DNA of 64,000 bases from an uncultured Bacilli bacterium. Lineage in GTDB: Bacteria; Bacillota_I; Bacilli_A; RF39; UBA660. Each line of letters starts with the position of its first letter. The first letter of the stretch is position 1. The stretch lies in contig CAJTZW010000005.1 in NCBI GenBank assembly GCA_910584305.1, positions 37,684 to 101,683 of the forward strand, read 5' to 3'. The notes below the pieces were generated by a model. The model was not told the origin of the DNA. It ran no database searches and saw only the letters and a program-made list of their open reading frames with translations. Positions 32,834 to 41,583 of the stretch are shown here, in pieces. Made by a program: the position numbers and the translations under genes.

Positions 32834-33005
32834 TATTTTTCCTTCCTTTTACCTTTTGAGTAATAGATCTTAAAAAACTACTCTCTTTTGATGGATTCTG
32901 TAAAATTTGTTTTATTTTCTCAATCTCTTCTTCTGTAGGAGCTAGGTTTTCAATCTGACTTGATGCTTTAATATATTTAAGAGCTTTTTCGATTTCTTTA
33001 TCCAT
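32820..33005 (-). CDS. VbhA-like Fic antitoxin (carries inhibitory SxxxE[G/N] motif)
   Basis: 61 aa. ...KASSQIENLAPTEEE contains S-S-Q-I-E-N, matching the [S/T]xxxE[G/N] Fic-inhibition motif. Confidence 0.7.
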   Translation of the reverse strand: MDKEIEKALKYIKASSQIENLAPTEEEIEKIKQILQNPSKESSFLRSITQKVKGRKNNGKI

Positions 33006-33013
33006 TTTTTATC

Positions 33014-33424
33014 TCACTTTCTAAATATTAAGAATTTACTAAAAATATAATTTATAATAACTACCACTACATTAGATATAATTTTGGCTACTAAAGAATT
33101 CATTTTTATAGTATCAATCATGATAACCATGAGAATCATATCCACTACAAGAGAAAACAATCTAGCCCCAACAAATGCTACAGCCTCTTTTGTAGTTTCT
33201 TCTTTACTCTTGTTTTTACTTTCAAATACTAGCAGTTTATTTGTCATAAAAGCAAAAATTACAGATAAAGTCCAGGCAATAACGTTGCTTAGTTTATACT
33301 CTACATGACATATATCATTACATATCCAAAATGCTACAATATTTATAACAGTAGCTAATACTCCAAATATTAGGTATAAAATCAATTCTTTATATTTTCT
33401 ATATAAGTCTTTACATATACTCAT
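33014..33424 (-). CDS. GtrA-family membrane protein (glycan/lipid-carrier translocation accessory)
   Basis: 136 aa, 4 TM. ...LIFGVLATVINIVAFW...VIFAFMTNKLLVFESK... is the GtrA pattern. Confidence 0.8.
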   Translation of the reverse strand: MSICKDLYRKYKELILYLIFGVLATVINIVAFWICNDICHVEYKLSNVIAWTLSVIFAFMTNKLLVFESKNKSKEETTKEAVAFVGARLFSLVVDMILMVIMIDTIKMNSLVAKIISNVVVVIINYIFSKFLIFRK

Positions 33425-33435
33425 ATTCCCACTCC

Positions 33436-33915
33436 TTACAAACTGTCTACAAAGTCTTCAATCATATGAATAATTTTCTGATTATCACTAATATATTTAT
33501 CTGGTTTAAAACCTTTTGCCTCTTCTAATATTTGGTCTAATTTATTTAAATTTTTGCAAGTCAATATGTAGTTCTTTTTCACAAATTCATCTACGATTTG
33601 CTGTTGATGGTCATTTGTATGTTCTTTATATTTAGATAATCTTGGAATGGCAATCACTCTTTTATTTTTACGAATTGCCCCTAAGATAGAACCGACCCCT
33701 CCATGGGTGATAATTAAATCTGCCTGATCTATTAATTTATCGAATTTCTTCATAGGTATTAGATCAAATATTTCCATAGTATCAGATTCATATTTTGTAA
33801 AACCTGCTTGTACTATCACTTTATCTTTTATATTTCCTTTTTTTATTTGTTTATCAATCGCTTTTAACAACCTTTCAAAAGGTTTATCCTGTGTCCCTAA
33901 AGTTACTAAAATCAT
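33436..33915 (-). CDS. glycosyltransferase catalytic subunit, PssE/Cps14G (Alg13-like, Glyco_tran_28_C)
   Basis: 159 aa. MILVTLGTQDKPFERLL...ADLIITHGGVGSI. Confidence 0.75.
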   Translation of the reverse strand: MILVTLGTQDKPFERLLKAIDKQIKKGNIKDKVIVQAGFTKYESDTMEIFDLIPMKKFDKLIDQADLIITHGGVGSILGAIRKNKRVIAIPRLSKYKEHTNDHQQQIVDEFVKKNYILTCKNLNKLDQILEEAKGFKPDKYISDNQKIIHMIEDFVDSL

Positions 33916-34385
33916 CTAAAAATCCAACCTCCATAGATAGCTTTTGGGTATAATTTTAACATAGACTCCCATTGTACTATGAATAAATCTGCTATCGGGT
34001 ATACAATTCTTCCTGCTAATGTTTTGGTATTCATATTCGCAAATGTTTCAATATAAATTACTTTTTTTCGAAATATGTGTGCTATATAACACATTGGTAC
34101 TGCTGTATGTGAACCTGTCGTTACAACTACATCTGGCTTTAATTTAAAGAAGTAATAAATACTCTTTAAACAATTCCATGGAAAAATAAATATGTATGAT
34201 AACATATGTTCTTTTGTTCCATATGCTAAATAACTGACATGTTCTTTATATTCTTCTTTTAATGAGGCATTTGATTTTGTTTTCTCTGTCATAATATGAT
34301 AATCATATTTTTTAAACAGTGGTTTTAATTCTAACAATTCTGTTAGGTGACCCCCTGTACTTGATATAAATAAAATCTTCTTCAT
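33912..34385 (-). CDS. glycosyltransferase membrane/anchor subunit, PssD/Cps14F (Alg14-like)
   Basis: 157 aa. MKKILFISSTGGHLTELLEL. 4-nt overlap with the PssE-like gene. Confidence 0.75.
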   Translation of the reverse strand: MKKILFISSTGGHLTELLELKPLFKKYDYHIMTEKTKSNASLKEEYKEHVSYLAYGTKEHMLSYIFIFPWNCLKSIYYFFKLKPDVVVTTGSHTAVPMCYIAHIFRKKVIYIETFANMNTKTLAGRIVYPIADLFIVQWESMLKLYPKAIYGGWIFR

Positions 34386-34386
34386 A

Positions 34387-35529
34387 CTATTTTTCCATCA
34401 TTTCTATCCATTTTTCTTTTACCACATTCGCGTCATACTCTTTTACTTTTTTACTAGCATTCTTTCCCATAATAAATCTTCTATTATAGTTTGATATAAG
34501 TTCACAAATTCGTTTTGCCATTTGCTCTTTGTCTCTATTTTTTACTAAATATCCATCCCAGTTGTCAGTAATAATCTCACAGGCTCCTTGTGCACTTGTG
34601 AATGATACAGCTGGTATACCGAAAGAATACGCTTCCAAAAGAACTATACCAAAGGATTCTGTATAAGAACTCATAACATAAATAGAGGATTTTCTTAATA
34701 CCTCATTTATATAGTCTCTATTTTGGTATCCATGTAATATAATACTTTTTTCTAAACCATATCCCTCTATCTTACGTTCTAATTTTTCTCTTTCTACACC
34801 ATCTCCAATGATATTTAGGGTCCAATCTGGATATTTACTATGTACAATATTATATACTTCAATTAAATCTTCATATCCTTTTTCCTTAGATAATCTACCT
34901 ACACTTACAATATTTTTGTTTTTGAGGGGAGATTTTTTTTCAGGAAAATAATCAATACTATTTGGAATATATACACATTTACAATTTGTATTTTTTAGTT
35001 TTTCTGTGTAGAATTCCGTCAACTCTTTTGAAACCAAAACAAAATAGTCTAAACCTTGAGCAGATGTAACTAATCTTCTTATATATTTTTTGTTTCCATT
35101 ATGGTGATTATGCTCCCATCCTATTTTAAGAGATGTATTACTCCCATATTTTGAAAGCCATTTGTTGTGAATATCTCTTGTAGAAATAATAATATCACTA
35201 TCACATGATTTAATATATTCAATCATTCTTTCCTTTTTTTGTTTCAAAATCTTATATGCCTTTTTACCTTCTTGTAAAGTACTCATAATTTTTAATTTTT
35301 TTAATGCACTATAAAATTCATTTCGATTGGGCTTCATATCATCAATCAAATATTTTACTTGTATCTTATCATCTAACGCAAATGGTGGTTCATCATACAG
35401 TTTATATGTAGAGACAATGGTTACTTCGTATGTACTTATAAGGGAATTTGCTAACATAGAGATTGCCCTTTCGATTCCACCATATCCTAGGTGAAGTGCT
35501 AAAATTGTTATCTTTTTCATACTTTTCAC
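34387..35529 (-). CDS. GT4-family glycosyltransferase
   Basis: 380 aa. GGIERAI near the N-terminus. C-terminal SYTESFGIVLLEAYSFGIPAVS carries the E-x7-E type motif. Confidence 0.85.
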   Translation of the reverse strand: MKSMKKITILALHLGYGGIERAISMLANSLISTYEVTIVSTYKLYDEPPFALDDKIQVKYLIDDMKPNRNEFYSALKKLKIMSTLQEGKKAYKILKQKKERMIEYIKSCDSDIIISTRDIHNKWLSKYGSNTSLKIGWEHNHHNGNKKYIRRLVTSAQGLDYFVLVSKELTEFYTEKLKNTNCKCVYIPNSIDYFPEKKSPLKNKNIVSVGRLSKEKGYEDLIEVYNIVHSKYPDWTLNIIGDGVEREKLERKIEGYGLEKSIILHGYQNRDYINEVLRKSSIYVMSSYTESFGIVLLEAYSFGIPAVSFTSAQGACEIITDNWDGYLVKNRDKEQMAKRICELISNYNRRFIMGKNASKKVKEYDANVVKEKWIEMMEK

Positions 35530-35626
35530 CTCTATATTAATTATACTTTATATTTGTTTTAGAGTAAAGAAAAGCCGTAGGGTTTCAAAAAAAAGGTGAG
35601 ATTATCACCTTTCCTACATTAGATTT

Positions 35627-37213
35627 TTACTCATTGATTTTGTTAATTTGTGTTAAAAGTTCCTCTTTACTATAGGAAATATTTAGAGTGTCTCCTTCTT
35701 TTACAAATGGAAGAATATGTTGTGCAACTTTGATATCTACTTTATATCTTTGCTTTTCCTTATCTTCTATAAAATAGATGGTATTCCCCTCAATCACTAC
35801 ACTTTGGATAGTTTCTATAGTAATTTCTTTATTTTTTAAGTCTGCATCATTATACTCTATTTTTTCATTATTAAGATAGTTCTTTGCTGCTACTTCGATT
35901 CCGCTACTGGCATCGCTTACCACAACCTTTTGATAATCCTGCACATCTACAAATGCATACATTTTTACTAAATCGGCATTATCCTTAAGTGAAATGACAT
36001 ACGTTGGCTTATTATTTAAATTAATAAGGAGTGGAAAAGTAGCTGTATAATTCATTTGTTGCACTTGACCTTCTGCACTTGCCATTGCACTATATTCTTC
36101 TGCACCTGGAACAGAATAAAACTTAGTTTCTTTCGTTCTCATATTGGTTAAAATAAACCCTAAATTAGATTCATCACTTGCTACAGATGTAATTCCAGTA
36201 TATAAGTATATATCATCTTTCATTGCAATATAATTATATCCATCGGTTGTCATGGTTACATTTTTTTGTCCAAAGATGGAGTTCCAAAAACCGTTTTTAT
36301 AACTACCCCAATCATCAGTTTGTTCAATAATTAATTCAGCACTATATACATGATCTACCCATGTTGGGACATCTTTTATACTATAATATTTTGAGCCTCC
36401 TGTAATTGCATTTAAAATAATAATTCCTTCTACTTCTTCTCTAATTTGAACACCACTATATTTCAGTGTTGGTACAACCCAATATGGATTTCCATCATTA
36501 TCTATCTCAAAGGACTTAGATCCAAAAATCTTTGTCGGATATGAAAAACGAAGTTTCCTATCTAAATCTTCATTCAAAATAGCTGATGGCATATATTTCA
36601 TTCCTTGTTCCAATTTCACAAGTTCTGCTGCTCCCGTTACAGAGTTAACTTTTATATATCCTTTAACTCCCTCCTTATGATTAGATAGATATTTAAAGAA
36701 TCCGTTGTATTCCAATGGTGTTACACGAACAATCTCATCATTGAAGTTAATTTGAGTATATAAATCTGAAACATAAAATTGGGATACCAATTCTGACATT
36801 TGCCCCATAACACGATCTCCGACTTTTCTACTAGAATCCTTATCTAGTAATGGCAAAGAATTAAAGTCCACCTGTTCAACATCCTCTGTAAAATTTCCAC
36901 CTTCATTAATTGTAATACGGTTTGCATAGGATTTAGATTGAAATAGTGGGCACATAATGATATTTACAACAAATATCCCTAAGAATACAATTCCTATTCC
37001 AACAATGTAAAATGATAATAGATTTTCATTATATTTTGTTTTTCGCCTTAGAATTATATTGCTAAAAATACTACAGAGCGTCCATATAGTATATATACTG
37101 ACTAGGTATATCCAAAATCCTATACTTTGTATATTAATGGCAGGCAAGAAAAAGTAATATACAATCATTGCATATAAAATGGTAATGATTGCACTAATGA
37201 TTTTATATTTCAT
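35627..37213 (-). CDS. membrane protein (about 3-4 N-terminal TMs + ~430-aa extracytoplasmic domain), unknown function
   Basis: 528-aa ORF embedded in a glycan locus. I cannot assign a family. Confidence 0.55.
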   Translation of the reverse strand: MKYKIISAIITILYAMIVYYFFLPAINIQSIGFWIYLVSIYTIWTLCSIFSNIILRRKTKYNENLLSFYIVGIGIVFLGIFVVNIIMCPLFQSKSYANRITINEGGNFTEDVEQVDFNSLPLLDKDSSRKVGDRVMGQMSELVSQFYVSDLYTQINFNDEIVRVTPLEYNGFFKYLSNHKEGVKGYIKVNSVTGAAELVKLEQGMKYMPSAILNEDLDRKLRFSYPTKIFGSKSFEIDNDGNPYWVVPTLKYSGVQIREEVEGIIILNAITGGSKYYSIKDVPTWVDHVYSAELIIEQTDDWGSYKNGFWNSIFGQKNVTMTTDGYNYIAMKDDIYLYTGITSVASDESNLGFILTNMRTKETKFYSVPGAEEYSAMASAEGQVQQMNYTATFPLLINLNNKPTYVISLKDNADLVKMYAFVDVQDYQKVVVSDASSGIEVAAKNYLNNEKIEYNDADLKNKEITIETIQSVVIEGNTIYFIEDKEKQRYKVDIKVAQHILPFVKEGDTLNISYSKEELLTQINKINE

Positions 37214-37260
37214 AAATATTTCTCCAATCTAATATATAATTTACTATATATGAAAAAGAT

Positions 37261-38184
37261 TTATGGTCTTTTAAAGTCTTCCCATAAATTTTTTTTGTAT
37301 CTTCCTTCAGTAATTTCTTTTGCTACCATTTCAATTACTTTAGGTGTATCTTCCTTGTAGGTGACTCCTTGCCACTTTGCCTTTGTTGGAATCATCTTTA
37401 CTATAATTGCTTTTTCTCCTATTAGCTTTGCAACCAAATCTGGAATTAAGTATTCACATGTTGTAATTTTATTTGAGTTTTCTTCTAGAAATGGAATAAA
37501 ATTATCTTCTATATGTTTAAAAATACTTGGTGAAAAGCCAAACATATTTAATGATACAGGGCAAGTACTTTCAATTGTAAAGCTTGCCTCTCCACTTAAC
37601 GGGGAAGCAATGATCACACCATCTTTTTTCTCAATATTACTTTCAACCAATCTATTTAATATTCCATTGGTATTATCCAATACAGCTCTTTTTACGCTTC
37701 CATTCTCTGTTAAGGTGTTCTCTACTTCATAGCCTATTACAGCATATTGATTTTCTTCCTGTAGTTCTTGTAAGAAATTGGCTACATCTAAAAAGGCCTC
37801 TCTACCATAAAAATCATCCGCATTTATAATTGCAAAGTTTTCATGAATTGTATCTTTAGCAGCTAGTATGGCATGTGCAGTTCCCCATGGTTTTGTTCTA
37901 CCTTCTGGCACTTTATAACCCGATGGAAGATCTTCTATGTCTTGGAAACAATATTCTACTTGGATATATGGTTCCACCCTACTTCCAATTGTTTCTTTAA
38001 AAATTTCATAATTCTCCTCTTTAATAATAAATACAACTTTGGTAAATCCTGCGAGTATAGCATCATATACAGAGTAATCTATCATAAACTCCTCTGATGG
38101 TCCTACAGGTTCTATTTGTTTAAGTCCACCAAAACGACTTCCCATTCCAGCGGCCATAATTAATAATGTCATATCTTGTTTCAT
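37261..38184 (-). CDS. sugar-phosphate nucleotidyltransferase (NTP_transferase fold)
   Basis: 307 aa. LLIMAAGMGSRFGGLKQ carries the G-x-G-[ST]-R signature. Confidence 0.75.
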   Translation of the reverse strand: MKQDMTLLIMAAGMGSRFGGLKQIEPVGPSEEFMIDYSVYDAILAGFTKVVFIIKEENYEIFKETIGSRVEPYIQVEYCFQDIEDLPSGYKVPEGRTKPWGTAHAILAAKDTIHENFAIINADDFYGREAFLDVANFLQELQEENQYAVIGYEVENTLTENGSVKRAVLDNTNGILNRLVESNIEKKDGVIIASPLSGEASFTIESTCPVSLNMFGFSPSIFKHIEDNFIPFLEENSNKITTCEYLIPDLVAKLIGEKAIIVKMIPTKAKWQGVTYKEDTPKVIEMVAKEITEGRYKKNLWEDFKRP

Positions 38185-38374
38185 ATAATTCCTACTTTCT
38201 TATAGGAAAAGTATAACATAATTTATAGGGGAATGCAAATGGGATTGTAACAAATACAGGGCTTGAGATAATCACGATTTTGTGGTAATATCAAGACATA
38301 GTAAAAGAAGGAATTAATCACAATTTCTTCTTTTTGGTTTAACAACACCAACTTATAAACATGTAATTTATGCG

Positions 38375-38800
38375 TTACTTTATTTTCTTAATTGGGTTTC
38401 TTATCACTATTTTTAATTTACTAATATCACACTTTCTTGAATCATATATTTCGTGGTGTAATTTTGTATTAGTTATATCTAATTCATATCCATTCTCTTT
38501 TACAAAATCGTGCATTAACTTAACAGTTGTTGGCTCATCAATTATAACTGCCAATTTGCATACATTGAACACAAGCACCCTCATCATAAGTAAAAAATTC
38601 AACTCTTGAAAAATCTTGTTTTCTTTTTAGTTGCTTCGCTGGTAGATAGCCCAGTCAAAATCTCTCCTTATTACAAAGTCTGATAATCTAATAATAAATA
38701 TGAAGTGCATAACATTTTTATTATTATAATCAATACTGTCTTTTAATTCATCTTGCCAACAATTACCATTTATCTATGAGGTAATTATATCATATTACTC
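38375..38800 (-). pseudogene. GyrI-like small-molecule-binding domain gene, multiply frameshifted and 5'-truncated
   Basis: Homology is readable across three frames: ...FIFIIRLSDFVIRRDFDWAIYQ* / VEFFTYDEGACVQCMQIGSY / DEPTTVKLMHDFVKENGYELD...HHEIYDSRKCDISKLKIVIRNPIKK. Confidence 0.5.
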
Positions 38801-38810
38801 TATCATTATT

Positions 38811-39119
38811 TTACTCAATAATTTCCGTTAATTCATTATCATATTCACTATAATAATTTGATAACAAATTAAATTCAATAGAATCTATATCATCATTATG
38901 TTTCCAAACCTGCAACGAATATTTATCATCGTTAAAATATATTTTCAAAAATTCATTATCATTACATACATATTTAAAATCATATTTTTGCGATTTAAAC
39001 CAATCAACCCAATTTGTTAATTGCAATACTTTTTCTTGATTTTGTTCATTTTCAATAATAAATTCGATTTTTTCATATAATTTTTCTATACTTTGTGGAT
39101 ATAACTGTTCTTTATTCAT
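38811..39119 (-). CDS. small very acidic protein, unknown (third gene of the Panacea cassette)
   Basis: ATG at 39119 (MNKEQLYPQS...) behind a GGGAGG RBS (the track starts at TTG 39125). ATGAATAA overlap with the stop of the 182-aa gene. Confidence 0.55.
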   Translation of the reverse strand: MNKEQLYPQSIEKLYEKIEFIIENEQNQEKVLQLTNWVDWFKSQKYDFKYVCNDNEFLKIYFNDDKYSLQVWKHNDDIDSIEFNLLSNYYSEYDNELTEIIE

Positions 39120-39660
39120 TGTCAATTCCTCCCTTATTATTATTATTATTATTTGTTATTGGGCAAAAATCATACAACGCATAATTTTCTTGATTATAGT
39201 TCTTATTAGGATATATTAAATGGTGATAATCTATAAATAATACTGAAAATACATTTGATTTTCTAACTCCAAATAATCTAACACCACCACTAATACCTAA
39301 CTGCCAAACATAATATTCATTAATATTATTTTCTATAAATAATTCAAAATCTCTATCACTATAATTATCTCCTTTATAAGATTTATATAATTCTCTAATA
39401 ACATCAATTACTAAAAAATATTCTTTCGTATTTATTGAGATAGAATGAGAATGTTTATTTGTTGCTCTGGTGATATTTTCAAATGAATATTGGGTTAAGG
39501 CTGGAATATCTATTTCAAACAATCGCTTAAATAATTTAAAAAAATGTTTATTATCCTTTAACTTATTTGTAAAATTTCCTGATTTAACACATCTAAAACA
39601 AAATGGAAATAATGAGAAATCAATACTTATATTGTTACTATCTGTACTAAATTTGTTCAT
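39112..39660 (-). CDS. unknown 182-aa protein, candidate toxin partner of the Panacea antitoxin
   Basis: The start overlaps the PanA-like stop by 14 nt. ...ATNKHSHSIS... C-terminal VWQLGISGGVRLFGVRKSNVFSVLFIDYHHLIYP, then a NNNNNN tail. No family recognised. Confidence 0.55.
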   Translation of the reverse strand: MNKFSTDSNNISIDFSLFPFCFRCVKSGNFTNKLKDNKHFFKLFKRLFEIDIPALTQYSFENITRATNKHSHSISINTKEYFLVIDVIRELYKSYKGDNYSDRDFELFIENNINEYYVWQLGISGGVRLFGVRKSNVFSVLFIDYHHLIYPNKNYNQENYALYDFCPITNNNNNNKGGIDNE

Positions 39661-40126
39661 TAAATAGTATTTTTGTAAATGTCAAAAAGATATCAACATC
39701 AGATAATAAATTATTAGAGGCTTCTATTGGCGCTAAACCTTTTCGAGCATTCATCCAAGGTGCTTGATTATGAGAAATGTTTTCTAGTTCATCAGCACTA
39801 TAATTACCATAAATTTCCATTGTTTTATTTAGTGCATTCATAATTTCTTGATTGAAAGAAATGGTTTCAATATTTTCAAGAGATAATAAATTTATACCAT
39901 TATTTTTATACAATGAATAAATTTTTGGATCAACTGGTCCATGAACCCATGCTTCAAATTTATTTTCAAATAATGACTGACTTAAATTGTTGGAATTATC
40001 ATTATTTTGTGCTAAATAAATTCCATAACTAAAATATAATAATTTTTGCAATTTTTTGTGAGTCATTGGTTCAGTATGTAAAAACCACTTTGCAACTTCA
40101 TAAACATCATTTACTGCATTTTTCAT
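39647..40126 (-). CDS. Panacea-domain (DUF4065, SocA/GepA-like) antitoxin-type protein
   Basis: 159 aa. VYEVAKWFLHTEPMTHKKLQKLLYFSYGIYLA...FEAWVHGPVDPKIYSLYK matches the DUF4065 core as I know it. Confidence 0.75.
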   Translation of the reverse strand: MKNAVNDVYEVAKWFLHTEPMTHKKLQKLLYFSYGIYLAQNNDNSNNLSQSLFENKFEAWVHGPVDPKIYSLYKNNGINLLSLENIETISFNQEIMNALNKTMEIYGNYSADELENISHNQAPWMNARKGLAPIEASNNLLSDVDIFLTFTKILFNEQI

Positions 40127-40429
40127 ATATATACACCTCCTATTATCATACTTATTATATCATATTCAAAAAGAGAAAAAAAGATATATATAAGTAATTA
40201 AGTGTAAAGCTTATTATACCATATATTTTCAATAATTAAACATTTTTTATTTTAAATCATCATTAGAATAATATCTAAATATTCTCATGGTTAATCTTCT
40301 TTGCATTTGTGTTTACTATATGCTTAATATCTTTTTTATCAAATTTATTATTCATTTATTTAAATACAAAAAAAGTTAATCCAAATTAACCCTTGCTATA
40401 TAAAGTCGATTAACCCAACTAATTCCCTA

Positions 40430-40498
40430 TGGTGTCCACGATAGGACTCGACCTACCACCTAAAGTTTAGGAAACTTTTGCTCTACACCAATAAGCTA
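40430..40498 (-). pseudogene. tRNA-Arg(CCU)-like remnant (D-arm to CCA; 5' acceptor strand missing, T-loop one nt short)
   Basis: Minus strand reads ta-GCTTattggtgtaGAGC-a-AAAGTttCCTaaACTTT-aggtg-GTAGGtcgagtCCTAT-cgtggac-a-cca. No complementary 5' acceptor strand upstream. Confidence 0.5.
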
Positions 40499-40592
40499 TA
40501 ATATAAATTTATCACTCAATAAATAAAAAAAGCACATTTAAAACTTAAGATTACATCTATATATATTGGGTAGCAAAAAAAAATAGATTACT

Positions 40593-41540
40593 CTATTTTT
40601 CTATATCTTTTTCTGTTTCTTTTACTATATAAATTGGACGTTTTTTTGTTTCTAAATATGTTTTAGCTAAATATTGTCCTATAATTCCCATGCATAATAA
40701 TTGTATACCACTTACAAACAGCAATATACACACCATACTTGGCCATCCACCAACAGGATCTCCAAGAATAAGTGTCTTCACAATAATTACTATGATTGCT
40801 ATAAAAGCAATTAAACACATTAATACTCCTATCACCGCTGCAATGGAAAGAGGAAGAGTCGTAAAGGCAACAATACCTTCTATTGCATATTTAAATAATT
40901 TCCAAAAAGACCACTTTGATTCTCCTGCTACTCTTTCTACATTCTCATATTCCAACCATTTTGTTTCAAATCCAACAAAACTGAATAATCCTTTTGAATA
41001 GCGGTTATATTCTTTTAAAGAGATAATCGAATCTACAACCTGCTTCGTCATTAATCGGTAATCTCTTGCACCGTCTACCATTTCAACTTTAGACATTTTA
41101 TTTATTATTTTATAAAAACATCTTGCAAAAAAGCTTCGGATTGGTGGTTCTCCTTTTCTAGATACTCTTCTTGTCCCTACAGAGTCATATCCTTCTTCTT
41201 TAATAAGCCGAAACATTTCTGGCAACATTGATGGTGGGTCTTGTAAGTCTGCATCCATTAATGTTATATAATCCCCTGTTACATTTTCAAGTCCTGCATA
41301 CATAGCAGCCTCTTTTCCAAAGTTTCTGGAGAATGAAATGAATCGTACTCGATTGTCTTTTTTCGCTAAGTCTTTTATTACTTCTAAAGTTTTATCTTTT
41401 GATCCATCATTTACAAACATAAATTCAAAATCTATTTCTTTCATCTCACTTGCAACTGTTGTAATTTCCTTATAAAAATATGGAAGTGAAGCCTCTTCAT
41501 TATAACAAGATACAATCACGCTAATTTTGTCCTTTTTCAT
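40593..41540 (-). CDS. GT2 polyprenyl-phosphate glycosyltransferase (GtrB/CsbB-like, two C-terminal TMs)
   Basis: 315 aa. ISVIVSCYNEE...VNDGSKD...MDADLQDPP... followed by two TM helices. Confidence 0.85.
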   Translation of the reverse strand: MKKDKISVIVSCYNEEASLPYFYKEITTVASEMKEIDFEFMFVNDGSKDKTLEVIKDLAKKDNRVRFISFSRNFGKEAAMYAGLENVTGDYITLMDADLQDPPSMLPEMFRLIKEEGYDSVGTRRVSRKGEPPIRSFFARCFYKIINKMSKVEMVDGARDYRLMTKQVVDSIISLKEYNRYSKGLFSFVGFETKWLEYENVERVAGESKWSFWKLFKYAIEGIVAFTTLPLSIAAVIGVLMCLIAFIAIIVIIVKTLILGDPVGGWPSMVCILLFVSGIQLLCMGIIGQYLAKTYLETKKRPIYIVKETEKDIEK

Positions 41541-41583
41541 AATTACACCTACATTTATTTACATTTTCAATTCGATAAAATGT

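Noticed and set aside
38370-38609. 79-aa + strand ORF, and the 75-aa minus ORF taken as an intact gene
   Set aside because: The region is a frameshifted GyrI-like pseudogene. The first ~21 residues of the 75-aa ORF are out of the ancestral frame, and the + ORF is antisense noise.
40430-40498. Possible functional tRNA-Arg(CCU)
   Set aside because: No 5' acceptor strand is complementary to the 3' end, and the T-loop is one nucleotide short. I treat it as a remnant or att-like fragment.
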